Positions 52,531 through 64,000 of a stretch of DNA of 64,000 bases are shown piece by piece. Made by a program: the position numbers and the translations under genes. The notes under the pieces were generated by a model that was given only the letters and a program-made list of their open reading frames with translations, was not told the origin of the DNA and searched no databases. The stretch is taken from NCBI GenBank assembly GCA_951406725.2, contig OX597830.1, forward strand, positions 45,880,001 through 45,944,000, written 5' to 3'. The number at the start of each line of letters is the position of its first letter. The first letter of the stretch is position 1. Source of the stretch: Octopus vulgaris. Its lineage: Eukaryota.

Positions 52531-55500
52531 TTTCTTTATTCACCATAAGGTTGAGAAAAAGAGGGGACAAAACAAACGTTGGGGTCAGGGTATCGAATGA
52601 GATGAAACGTATGAATAAACAAACAATTAAAATATATACAATTAAATGAGAATGAGTGATCTACAAAAAAATGAAGCGGAGGATGTGGTTGACCCCACAA
52701 ACCACATACTCACACTGAAGACTTTGCTTTCTCCTTTTTTACATTCTTGATTAAACAGGTTCTTTCACTCGCAACATACTTGCTATAGACTTCCATCTTT
52801 TACGAAACACACTTTGCGACAGGCATTTCTTCTCCAGCCTTATTTTCCGTTTAATGTGGAAAACGAAAAAGTCGATTAGCTCGAGACTGGAGATAAACAT
52901 ACCTGTTGCAATTCCTTTTACTCTCGTCTTCCATACTACTTCTTTCGCCATAGCAACTACCGAGAGAAAACAGGCTCGCTCTTCCCTATTCAGGGAGGTC
53001 GGCGGAACTATCTTAATTACATATTCGCTCGACAGTTGTACTCTTCTCGAATGCGACAGCAGGTGTTCGACATAAGCCCAGAGTTCAGTCACCTTAGGGC
53101 ATTGCACAATCGCATGCAGGGCAGTTTCACTGTCCCTCTCCCATCTTGCACAAACCGGCGAAGGTGCACACCCATGTCTAAAGAGCTTATCTCGAACCGG
53201 TAAAGCTCCTCTGTAACATTACCAGGCCAGGGACTTTTGGTAATTATCCACAGGCCCCGGACCGAATGTTCTTTGGAACAGGCTGGCCAGTTGATTTTCG
53301 TCGAAGTCCAGGGTTTCTCCCAGGACGTCATCACACTTAAACTCTACTAACCCTCTATAGAAGAACGAGGTAGTACCCCCGCCACCGGCGTTGCCCGACT
53401 GGGAGAGAAGCACGAGTGCCTAATGGCACTCTACATGCCACACGCCCAACCTCGGTCTACACTTGATCCATGGGTTCAGTTCGTTAAACGATGTGAACTG
53501 TGGAAATAACAGCTTGACGAACGGAGACCACACCTGCTCACCGTCTAGGTAAAGCCAGAGGTGCCTAAGCCTGAGCGCATGTTTGCGCATTTTTAGCCAC
53601 GGCATCCCTAACCCACCCTTCAGCGACTTTTGGCAGCAAATAGAGCGCCTTACAAGAGGTCTGCTGCCCCTCCACAAAAAGCGAAAGAGCATGCGTTCCA
53701 GTTTGTTCTGCCACGAATCGGGGCAAGGCACGACGGTCAGGCGGTAAGTGATTACAGAGGCGATAAACACCTCTGAAACCTCCGCCCTCCCTTTCAAGGA
53801 CAGCTTCCGCTCAGACCATGTCTGAGTTAGGAGAGCCACCTTTCTCGCCACCTCGCTCCAGTTCTTCTCTATCTGGAGATCTGAACCTAACCAGATTCCA
53901 AGCATTTTCACCGGTCCTTCTGTCCAACGTCCTACGACGCTGTCGGAAGACATCGACTTGCCCCTCCAGGTGCCGAGTTGCAAGCCGACTGATTTATCCC
54001 GGTTGACTTTCGCTCCTGCCACCGCTTCGTTGTTCCTTAAGGCCTCACCCACCCATTGTAGGTGCTCGACTCGGGATACGATGACGGTGATGTCGTCCGC
54101 ATACGCCGAAGCTGACTTTCCGCACCCTAGATCTTGCGGAGTGCCTCTCATAGTTTCCAACCTCCTCAGCAACGGCTCGAGGGCCAAAACGTAGAGAAGC
54201 GGGAAGAGAGGACACCTTTGACGTACCGAACGTTCAATGCTGAACGGCTCCGAAAAGCAACCATTCACCCGAACTACCGATTCGATGTTGCTGTATAAAG
54301 CGCTGATCCATCCGCGGAAGGTCGGGCTGAAGCCAGCCGCCGTGAGGACCGCCGCCAGATACTGATGGTCCACCCTATCGAACGCTTTCGATTGGTCCAA
54401 GTGGACCATAGCCTCACCCTTGCCAGGAATCCTATTTACCCTTTCTAAGGCATAGCGTAGAAAGTGGAGATTGTCGTGGATGGTCCTTCCAGGGATGGCG
54501 CAAGTTTGAGCCTCGCCAACAAGTTCACCCACGACCCGCGCCAACCTTTTTGCTAAGACCTTGGCCAAAATCTTCAACTCAGCGTTAAGCAGAGTGATGG
54601 GCCGAAAATTATCAATTAAATCCCCCTTGTTTGGGTCCTTTCTTAACAGCGCTACCACCCCTCGGTTCACAGACTTAGGAATTCTCCCGTTCTGCTGCTA
54701 GTAGGTGTACACGCATGCAAGTAGGTGCCCAAATAAGTCTGGCATGCTACTATAGAGTTCGTAAGGCAGACTATCGAGTCCCGGAGATTTGTCCCCGCCG
54801 CAGTCTGCCAACACATCCTCGGCTTCTTTGGCTGTGATCGGCGCCTCACAAGATTCCGCGTCCGGCTCGATAGACGCGGCGAACCGGCTAGGAAGTCTGC
54901 GAGCTTCTCCCCGCGCTCCAGTCCGCCGCTCCTCCCGAATAGCTGGGCGAAATGATCGTGAAACACCTTGCACATCTCCTCGGGTTCGTTTACTAATCGA
55001 CCATTTGGGCCCGTCAAAGATCGAATGGTTGAGTTGTTGCCACGCTGGCCCTCTACCACCCGGGCCCATCCGGCTGCGTTGATCTCTTCCTGTCTCATTG
55101 CACCGATCTTAGCCCTGACAATGCACCCTTCATGTTGAGCTTTGAGATGTTGGTCGAGTGCCAACCTCGCCGCTAACACTTTCGATGCACTGCCTGATCT
55201 CATTGCCTCATCTATTGCCTTAACTAGTTCCTTTTCTACTTTGTTTCTAGCACTAGCTAGTTCTTTGCTAAACCTAATTGACTCAAATTTGATGGCTCTT
55301 TTCAGGGCGTACCACCATTTGTTGTTGATAATGGATCCGGTTAACGCCCTCATTACTAATTGCTTAATCCGATTCCTGTAGGCTTCACAGTCCAATAGTG
55401 ACTTGTTTAGCTTCCATTAACCGGTACCTCGTCTACACATGCTATCTATGTCGAGCGTACAGGTCACTAATTTGTGATCGCTGTAGATGACGATATGATG

Positions 55501-57454
55501 TTGTGGACAGCTAAATATTTTCTTATCTTTCCTTCTAGTTATGATTCTATCTATGTAAGATCTGGACGACCCGTCGTTTCTTGCCCAGGTCCACGCTGGA
55601 GTGTCTGGGTGGTCCAGTCTGAATCGATCTGCCAATTCGAAACGACTTAGCAGATCGTTGAGGTGAGGTAATCGCCTCCTATTCTTTCTCGAGCCAACAT
55701 AGACTTAGCATATCGTTGAGGTAAAGTAATCCCCTCCTATTCTTTCTCGAGCCAACATAGTCTACGCGTGCATCGCAAATTATGTTGAAGTCACCTAGCA
55801 ATACTAACGTGTTCTCTAGGCTTTTGAAGTACTCTTTCTGCCCGGCTTTTCCTTCGCAGGGAGCATAGACAGTTCAAAATAGTCAGAGTTATCTATAGTA
55901 TAAAATTCGACATTTTCAGAAATAGCATTATTTACATCTGTTGCGATATATTTTTCGACGATTTCATTAAAATAATTTTTTCTCTTAATAGTTTATTATT
56001 TTTACTTATCGCCGTGAAGGTGTTTCTTTTTTTTTTGTTAGGCGATTGTAGAGGTGTGTGTGTGCTTGTAGAAGCGTGGGTGTTTGTAGGTTTGTGTGTG
56101 TGCTTGTGGTAGGTGTGTGTGTGTTTGTGTGTGCTTTTTCCAGTGAGTGTGTGTTTTTGGCTACGTGTGTTTGCGATTGCATTTATGGGTGTGGGTGTGC
56201 TTGTCTGTCTCGGAGCATAGTCCTGTGTACCTGAAGAGGGTGGATTTTTCCGTTTCCGTCTTCTTTTTGAAGGTTCTATGGTGACCCACTCCTGGATGTT
56301 GTTGTCGTCGTCGTTGTTGTTGTTGTTTTCTCCCGCTATCGGCTGAACTTCGGCAATTGGGGTGCGCGACGTGGCTGCTATTTCTAGCGGTGTGATCGTT
56401 GTCTTCGGCGTCGTGCTTGCCTCTGCAGCATTTTCTTTGGCGGTCTTCTTACAGCTCGACCTTATGTGGCCTTTCTCGCCACATTTATAACACCTGGGCT
56501 TTATCCCCTCGACTATTACCATCATGCTGGTATTATCTCCAATGGTGAGGGAACTGGGCAATTTTTCCAAGTCCGAGAGGTTTGCTTAGATCACAAGCTC
56601 TAAATCTTGTCCATACCAGTTCATGTGGCGATATCTCTTAGACTGAAGAATGGCAATTTCTTCCTCTTTGCCTAAGAGAATCGCTGCTATAACAAAGGTC
56701 ACATCTATTTCGGGAGGAATATCTGTGACCGTTATTTTCGATGTTCTCTTTCCTAAATAAAGTGGTAGGAGAACTACATCTTCCGACTTCAACGTTCTTG
56801 TTGAATGTTCCCTGGCTTTTTCTTCGCTAGGAAAACGCACCTTCACAGTGCCGAAGCGACTACCCCTCGTTATATAACTAGTTTGTTGCCATATCGGCCT
56901 CAAACATTTTTCTTTGGCTTCCCTCGGCACGAAGTCAATTTTCCTATTTTTCACATTATATGTTTTGTATATTACCGTCTTTCTCTCCGTCGCGTAGATT
57001 AATTCACTGCGAGGGAGCAACTTCACATTATCACCTTCTTAATAAACTTTGGTACTTCTTTAATTCTTCCTTGTTTATAACTATATTATCACAGGGGTGA
57101 GTTGCTGCACTCGCAAAATTTATTTTTGACTTTTCCTGTTGTGTAGTAGCTTCGATAGACACATTGTCGTCTGCTTTTGTAACGTTCGCGTGAGACGCCT
57201 CTTTACTTTTACCTTCCTCCTCCCACATTTTCGCCTTCATGCCTTCAAACAAATTTTCAACGTTTTCCTCCGACTCGGAAGAAATTAGTGGCAAATTCAT
57301 GTTTTTCGTCGCTTCCCCCTTGAAACAAGGGGGAAAGAACAGCAAAACTCTGCTGCAACAGCAGAAAAGAAGTGGCCTCGACGACCAAAATAAGCAAATT
57401 TTCAAACTTTTCAACACAAAAACAATCTTTCACTGCGGAGCAAAGAATAACACG

Positions 57455-57457
<3 letters not shown>
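52531..57457 (-). mobile_element. Near full-length, mutated L1/Tx1-type LINE inserted in a (TC)n microsatellite
   Basis: ORF1 in pieces at 57300-55932 with CCHC knuckle CYKCGEKGHIRSSC. ORF2 pieces: APE (SYIDRI, SDHKLV), RT (NFRPITLLNAELKILAK, LDQSKAFDRVDH, AYADD) and C-terminal Cys/His region. AATAAA near 52540. (GA)n on both flanks. Confidence 0.93.
53420..54670 (-). pseudogene. LINE ORF2 reverse transcriptase segment
   Basis: 416-aa frame with RT motifs. QGCP is altered to QRCP and the frame is bounded by stops or frameshifts. Confidence 0.9.
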
Positions 57458-57508
<51 letters not shown>

Positions 57509-57727
57509 AAACCTTAAACTTAGGGATGAGTGTCGTACACGCGAACGCGAAGGACAGTAAAAGAAGCACAACACATGTGGTGGGTACGAGTATAAATTAT
57601 ACAAAAGAAATAAATGTCGTTCGGCTTTGAGAGCAGAATCGGACAAGACGTGTGCATGAGTAAAGCAATGGAGAATGATGTCACATAGGACTGGCAAAGG
57701 AAAGTGAGGAGATTGACAGATAGACCG

Positions 57728-57763
<36 letters not shown>

Positions 57764-58365
57764 TGGGAAACGAAGTAGATGTTGAAGGTGAAGGAGAAAG
57801 CAAAAGCTCAGGAGAAGAGTCAGCGTTCAAGCGAAAAAAGGAAGTTGAAAGGAGAAATAGGAATGGTCATAGCTCACATGGTAGTGGAAGGTGAGGGGAG
57901 AGTAGTGGACACATCAGGGCCCAAGTGACCGAAGGTCAGCTGCTATATATGTCAGAGAGAGAGGATGAATTTCACTAAGGGTACGCTACATATATTTTGT
58001 GAAAGATTTATTCAATTACAAACCGGTTTCGACAATTTTTGCGTATTATTATAAACTAAAGCTTTTATTTATTTACTTGTACTACCGACATGCAAGAAAT
58101 ACTCGAAACCGGTTTGGTATTTGAATAAATTTATTACAAAATTTAAAAACGATTTCGCGTTTTTGAGATTTAGGTGCATTTTCAACACCCCATCCCCAAC
58201 AAATTCTCCCAACGAAAAGTGTCGTTGAAGAGGTCACAGATGTATAACGAAAGATTTCCGGACAATGAACATGAATTAAAATAAGAAAATAAGAAAAAAT
58301 ATATTGTGCATGTGTTTATTTGGCAAAAAATAAAAAAAAAAGACAATCCTGAAAAAATTTATTCA

Positions 58366-58450
<85 letters not shown>

Positions 58451-58452
<2 letters not shown>

Positions 58453-58831
58453 CGGGAAGCTTTATGAAAATAGACAAAAGACGAAGGCAGGTGGAAAACA
58501 AACGAACAATTGTATTAGTATGGCGCTCAGGAAATATAAATAAAACAAGTCTTTAACGTTTCGAGCCTACGCTCTTCAACAGAAAGATACACAGAGAGAA
58601 AAAAACACAGAAAGAAGGAGAGAAAAAAATGCGTGCAGTAGCTAACGAATCAACATGGCGATCTGATTTCGGCCAGAGGTCAAAGATCAAACATGAGACG
58701 CGAGAGCGAAATAAGGGGAGATAATAGGGTTGATAATAGGGTTGATAACAGGGTTGAAGGACCAGCTAATAGTGCGTAGGAGGGGTCTGGACGTGTGTAT
58801 GTATAGGGTTGGTGTATGTATTAGTATGTAT

Positions 58832-58868
<37 letters not shown>

Positions 58869-60419
58869 TATTAGTGCGTAGGATTGGTCTGGACGTGCGT
58901 ATGTATGGGGTTGGTGTATGTATTAGTATGTATTAGTATGTATTAGTACGTATTAGTATGTATAAGTGTGTGTGTGTGTGTGTATGAGAGAGTATAAGTG
59001 TGTATGTGGGGTCTGGACGTGTGTATGTATAGGGTTGGTGTATGTATTAGTATGGCACATCATATATGATGTGATGTGTAACGTCGTGTGGTGTAGTGAG
59101 GAGAAGAGGGGGATGGGGAGAAGAGGGGGGAGAGAAGGGGAGGGGAAGAAGAAGGGGAGGAGAGGGGGAAGAGGAGAGGAGGGGGAGAAGGAAGGGGAGG
59201 AGGGGGAGGAAGGAGGAAAGAGGGAGGGAGAGAGAGAAGGGGAGAGAGGGAGTGAGGGAGCAGAGGGAAGGGGAAGAGGGAAGGAGGGAGGGAGAAAGAG
59301 GGAAGAAGGGAAGGGGAGTAGGGGTGAAAGGATGAAGGACTGAAGAAGTAGGGGTCGGGGGGAAAGGATAGGTGAGGAGGGGGGAGAGGGGGGTTAGATG
59401 AGGAGGGGGGGAGAGTTGAGACCAAATGGCGTATAAGAGCGAAGAGAGAAGATTAATTCATGTTCACGGCGCAAACGGGAATCCGGATGGCCTCTGTGTA
59501 AGGACAAACCGAACACAGATAGGTGTTGCAAGGAGTGACCGGTGGAGCGGAAATGGCGTGAGACCGGTGTGTCGTTCGCAAGGTGGATGTCACGAAGGTG
59601 TTCCGCGAACCGGTCAGCCAAGCGGCGTCCCGTTTGTCCGATGTACAAGGAATTGCAGAGAGAGCAAGAGATGCAATAGATAATATTGCTGGAGGTGCAG
59701 GTGAAGGAGTGGATGATGGGATAGGGTCGATGGTGGGTGCTAGTGAGGCGGGTGGTGTTGGAGAGGTAAGGGCAAGTGCGGCAACGTGGGCGGGAGCAGG
59801 GGAACGAGCCGGGTTGGGAGGTAGGGTCAGGGAAGGAGCTATGGACCAAAAGGTCTCGAAGGCTGTGGGCTCGTTTGAAAGAGGGGAGGGGTCGGTTAGG
59901 GAAGAGGTGTGAAGTGGACGGGTCGGACTGGAGATGACGGAAAGCTCGAAGAATGGTGCGTTGGAGACGTAGGGTCGTGGGGTAGTAAGTGAGGGGAAAA
60001 GGGAGGCGGGAGACTACAGGGCGGGTTCGGGGAGAGAGAGCAGATACACGGTCCACGGACCGTGCTCTGGCAAGGGCGGTGTGGATAGTGGTGAGGGGGT
60101 ATCCACGTAGGGTGAAGTGGTGAGCCATACGTTGAGACTGAGTCTCAAAGTCATGGTCGTCACTACAGAGCCTACGTAGACGGAGGAATTAGGAATAGGG
60201 GATGGAAAGCTTGGTGTGTTCTGGGTGGGAGGAAGAGAAGTTGAGGTATGAGTGTGAGTCTGTGTGTTTGTAGTGAATGGAGGTGGTAAGAGTGGAGTGA
60301 AGAATGCTAACCGAAATGTCGAGGAAGGAGACAGAGGTGTTGGAGATAGTGGAAGTGAAGTGGAGGGCTGGATGGAAAGATTGGACGAAAGAGAGGAAGG
60401 AATCTAGATGTTCGCGGGA
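58451..60419 (-). mobile_element. 5'-truncated Penelope-like element (Neptune-like), flanked by (TA)n
   Basis: RT C-terminus FHPALHFT..VSFLDISV..YKHTDSHSYL..S.HP..K.SIPYS*FLRLRR (premature stop), Cys linker CSRPRCRTC and GIY-YIG NIIYCISC..YIGQTGRRLADRFAEH..GLN (ORF 59394-60128). Hammerhead-like motif at 58550-58587. Confidence 0.92.
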
Positions 60420-60544
60420 TATATATAATATAAAAGATTAGCTGCAATGCATCCAGCGCTCGTGTGGTAGTCTTGCAGTTATGTAACCGAGGCTTACTCT
60501 TGATCATTCCAGTTTTCTTTCTTGTGTTACGGAGCAAGCATGTC

Positions 60545-60721
60545 TTCTCCGCTGGCTATGTGCACCAAGGAACACCTGAGATCGATGAATCGATTTCCCT
60601 GGTCTGAAGGTGTGTCAGGGGTTGAGATTCATCACAAGCTTTCGGTACAATACGGAGACAGCGCTCTTTCCCGTCAAAGTGTGTATGAGAAGTTATAAAA
60701 TGGCCGGACAAGCGTGAAGTA

Positions 60722-60802
<81 letters not shown>

Positions 60803-61680
60803 CAGAATGCTTATCGACGTCCACCATTGAAGTGAAGTAGCTCGAGAGATGGTTCAGGCGAACTGACCAGCAACCATCGATAGGGTGGCATATTCTCTGC
60901 AAATTAGTCATAGTTTTGCATACGAAATCATCGACGACAAGCTTGGCTTCTATGAAGTCTGTGGTACCAAGAGTTCTTACCGAAACGCATAAGTGCAATC
61001 GTATGGAGATCTAGCGCTCACTCGATCGCTATGACAATGAAGGTGAAACTTTTGGGGAGAGAATAGTCACAGGAAATGAGACCTGGATCCATCACCTTGA
61101 ACCAGTATCCAAAAGGCAGAGTATGGAATGGTAAAACCCGAAATCGTCAGCAAAAAAGAAATTGAAGGCTCAACTTTCAGTATAAAAGGTGATGCTAACC
61201 GTTTCTTGGAACGCAAAAGGGCCTATTCTGGCCCATTACCTGGAAAAGAAGTCTACAGTCACCAGTATAGGCTACAGTGAAATGCTAGCCAACAAACTGA
61301 AACCAGCAATTCGTACCAAACGCCAAGGTTTGTTGTCAAATCAAGTGTTATGGTTGCACGACAACGCACGCGCACAGCGTTGACTGCATAGATTCCAACT
61401 ATCGTCCTTTCCGACTATCACCTCTTTGAACCGCTCAAGCATTCTTTGTGCGACCCTCAATTTACTAAAGATGAGGACATAGGAAACGGTACATAAATGG
61501 CAGCGCAACCACTCGAGAACCTTCTTCTCAGATGGAATAAACAAACTTGTGGACCGCCGGAAGAAGTTCATCAAAAACAAGGAGACTATGTTGAAAATGA
61601 TATAACTGTTTAAAGCCCAGCTCTTGTTTTGATAAATTACAGAAACATGAGTGCGCATAATTTTTAACTTAAATTCATAT
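60545..61680 (+). mobile_element. Mariner transposase pseudogene with an internal (GA)n expansion (60725-60802)
   Basis: EIHHKLSVQYGDSALSRQSVYE, RIVTGNETWIHH, KVMLTVSW, LHDNAR and SDYHLF motifs, with stops and deletions. Confidence 0.9.
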
Positions 61681-61726
61681 AACAATAAAAACAAACAAAC
61701 GAACTATACGATATCTCTACAACCGC

Positions 61727-62135
61727 AGGAGTGGCTGTGTGGTAAGTAGCTTGTTTACCAACCACATGGTTCCGGGTTCAGCTCCACTGCGTGGAACCTT
61801 GGGCAAGTGTCTTCTACTATAGCCTCGGGCTGACCAAAGCCTTGTGAGTGGATTTGGTAGACGGAAACTGAAAGAAGCCTGTCGTATATATGTATATATA
61901 TATATGTATGTGTGTGTGTTTGTGTGTCTGTGTTTGTCCCCCTAGCATTGCTTGACAACCGATGCTGGTGTGTTTATGTCCCCGTCACTTAGCGGTTCGG
62001 CAAAAAGAGACCGATAGAATAAGTACTGGGCTTACAAAGAATAAGTCCCGGGGTCGAGTTGCTCGATTAAAGGTGGTGCTCCAGCATGACCGCAGTCAAA
62101 TGACTGAAACAGGTAAAAGAGAGTAAAAGAGAGTA
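61727..62135 (+). mobile_element. tRNA-derived SINE, family B, full length
   Basis: A-box TGGCTGTGTGG, B-box GGTTCAGCTCC, internal (TA)/(TG) tract and (AAAAGAGAGT)2 tail. Confidence 0.9.
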
Positions 62136-62353
62136 AACCGTTTCATTAAGAGATTTTGTTGTATTGTGGCATCGCACTGGCAGGTATACATGAAGTACAA
62201 CATCTATAAGATACTACAAAACACAGCATAAAGCCTCTCAAATAACCAGACTCACCCGTGTTGCATAAAGAGCATATATCGACGATGTGCCGCTGGGCGG
62301 ATGTTTATACATAATTGCCTGAATGACGTTACAATAAAATCTGTGAATGAAAT

Positions 62354-64000
62354 GACCGTGGCGACACCGTAGAAGCTATACGTTCGCTTTTAGGAACAAC
62401 CGTGGTGACACCGTAGAAGCCATGCGTTCGCTTTTAGGAACAACCGTGGTGACACCGTAGAAGCTATACGTTCGCTTTTAGGAACGACCGTGGTGACACC
62501 GTAGAAGCCATGCATTCGCTTTTAGGAACGACTGTGGCGACACCGTAGAAGCCATGCGTTCGCTTTTAGGAACAACCGTGGCGACACCGTAGAAGCCATG
62601 CGTTCGCTTTTAGGAACAACCGTGGCGACACCGTAGAAGCCATACGTTCTCTTTTAGGAACGACTGTGGCGACAACGTAGAAGCCATGCGTTCGCTTTTA
62701 GGAACGACCGTGGTGACACCTTAGAAGCCATACGTTCGCTTTTAGGAACAACCGTGGTGACACCGTAGAAGCCATGCGTTCGCTTTTAGGAACGACTGTG
62801 GCGACACCGTAGAAGCCATGCGTTCGCTTTTAGGAACGACTGTGGCGACACCGTAGAAGCCATGCGTTCGCTTTTAGGAACAACCGTGGCGACACCGTAG
62901 AAGCCATACGTTGGCTTTTAGGAACGACCGTGGCGACACCGTAGAAGCCATGCGTTCGCTTTTAGGAACGACTGTGGTGACACCGTAGAAGCCATACGTT
63001 CGCTTTTAGGAACGACTGTGGCGACACCTTAGAAACCATGCGTTCGCTTTTAGGAACAACCGTGGTGACACCTTAGAAGCCATGCGTTCGCTTTTAGGAA
63101 CGACTGTGGCGACACCGTAGAAGCCATGCGTTCGCTTTTAGGAACAACCGTGGCGACACCGTAGAAGCCATGCATTCGCTTTTAGGAACAACCGTGGCGA
63201 CACCTTAGAAGCCATTCGTTGGCTTTTAGGAACGACCGTGGCGACACCGTAGAAGCCATGCGTTCGCTTTTATTATTGTTTTACACAACGTTGATGTTCT
63301 CTTCAAATTTGGAGACTCTTGGAATGTCAGATTACCAAACACCAGCAGACTTCTTTTAGGAACGACTGTGGCGACACCGTAGAAGCCATGCGTTCGCTTT
63401 TAGGAACAACCGTGGCGACACCGTAGAAGCCATGCGTTCGCTTTTAGGAACAACCGTGGCGACACCTTAGAAGCCATACGTTGGCTTTTAGGAACGACCG
63501 TGGCGACACCGTAGAAGCCATGCGTTCGCTTTTAGGAACAACCGTGGTGACACCGTAGAAGCCATACGTTCGCTTTTAGGAACGACTGTGGCGACACCTT
63601 AGAAGCCATGCGTTCGCTTTTAGGAACAACCGTGGTGACACCGTAGAAGCCATGCGTTCGCTTTTAGGAACGACTGTGGCGACACCGTAGAAGCCATGCG
63701 TTCGCTTTTAGGAACAACCGTGGCGAAACCGTAGAAGCCATGCGTTCGCTTTTAGGAACAACCGTGGCGACACCTTAGAAGCCATACGTTGGCTTTTAGG
63801 AACGACCGTAGCGACACCGTAGAAGCCATGCGTTCGCTTTTAGGAACGACCGTGGTGACACCGTAGAAGCCATACGTTCGCTTTTAGGAACGACTGTGGC
63901 GACACCTTAGAAGCCATGCGTTCGCTTTTAGGAACAACCGTGGCGACACCTTAGAAGCCATACGTTGGCTTTTAGGAACAACCGTGGCGACACCGTAGAA
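62354..64000. repeat. 44-bp tandem satellite, about 35 copies, running off the window end, with one 80-bp insertion
   Basis: Consensus (G/A)AC(C/T)GTGG(C/T)GACACC(G/T)TAGAAGCCAT(G/A)CGTTCGCTTTTAGGAAC. Period 44 (62356 to 62400). Confidence 0.97.

Noticed and set aside
54698-55082. Overlapping or antisense ORFs in the LINE
   Set aside because: They are frameshifted ORF2 pieces or shadow frames of GC-rich coding sequence.
57994-58260. Additional hammerhead near the short inverted repeat (GAAACCGGTT; TGAAGAG..GAAA)
   Set aside because: The core and stem I are too degenerate to call.
62354-64000. CRISPR array
   Set aside because: Units are head-to-tail without unique spacers (one insertion only), there are no cas genes and the context is eukaryotic.

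Overview
AT-rich, microsatellite-dense animal DNA. The SINE families resemble octopus repeats I recall, but this is an inference and no search was run. The only recognisable host coding sequence is the first coding exon of an AGAP/centaurin-gamma Arf-GAP (2731-2905, minus strand), so 1-2730 is intron. Its upstream region has YY1/NRF1 motifs and, about 0.5 kb further on, a second NRF1/ETS/RFX X-box cluster that may mark a divergent promoter. The rest is mostly transposable elements: a near full-length, mutated Tx1/L1-type LINE inside a (TC)n tract, an internally deleted Gypsy-type LTR element, mariner/Tc1 relics, hAT and other MITEs, CR1 and RTE fragments, many tRNA-derived SINEs and three Penelope-like (GIY-YIG) relics. 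A 44-bp satellite with 7-unit higher-order structure runs off the right edge. The most striking signal is minimal type I hammerhead-like motifs in five unrelated repeat families. Three sit downstream of Penelope-like GIY-YIG sequences. One belongs to a tRNA-headed, inverted-duplicated short element, a candidate Penelope-mobilised, hammerhead-carrying SINE.
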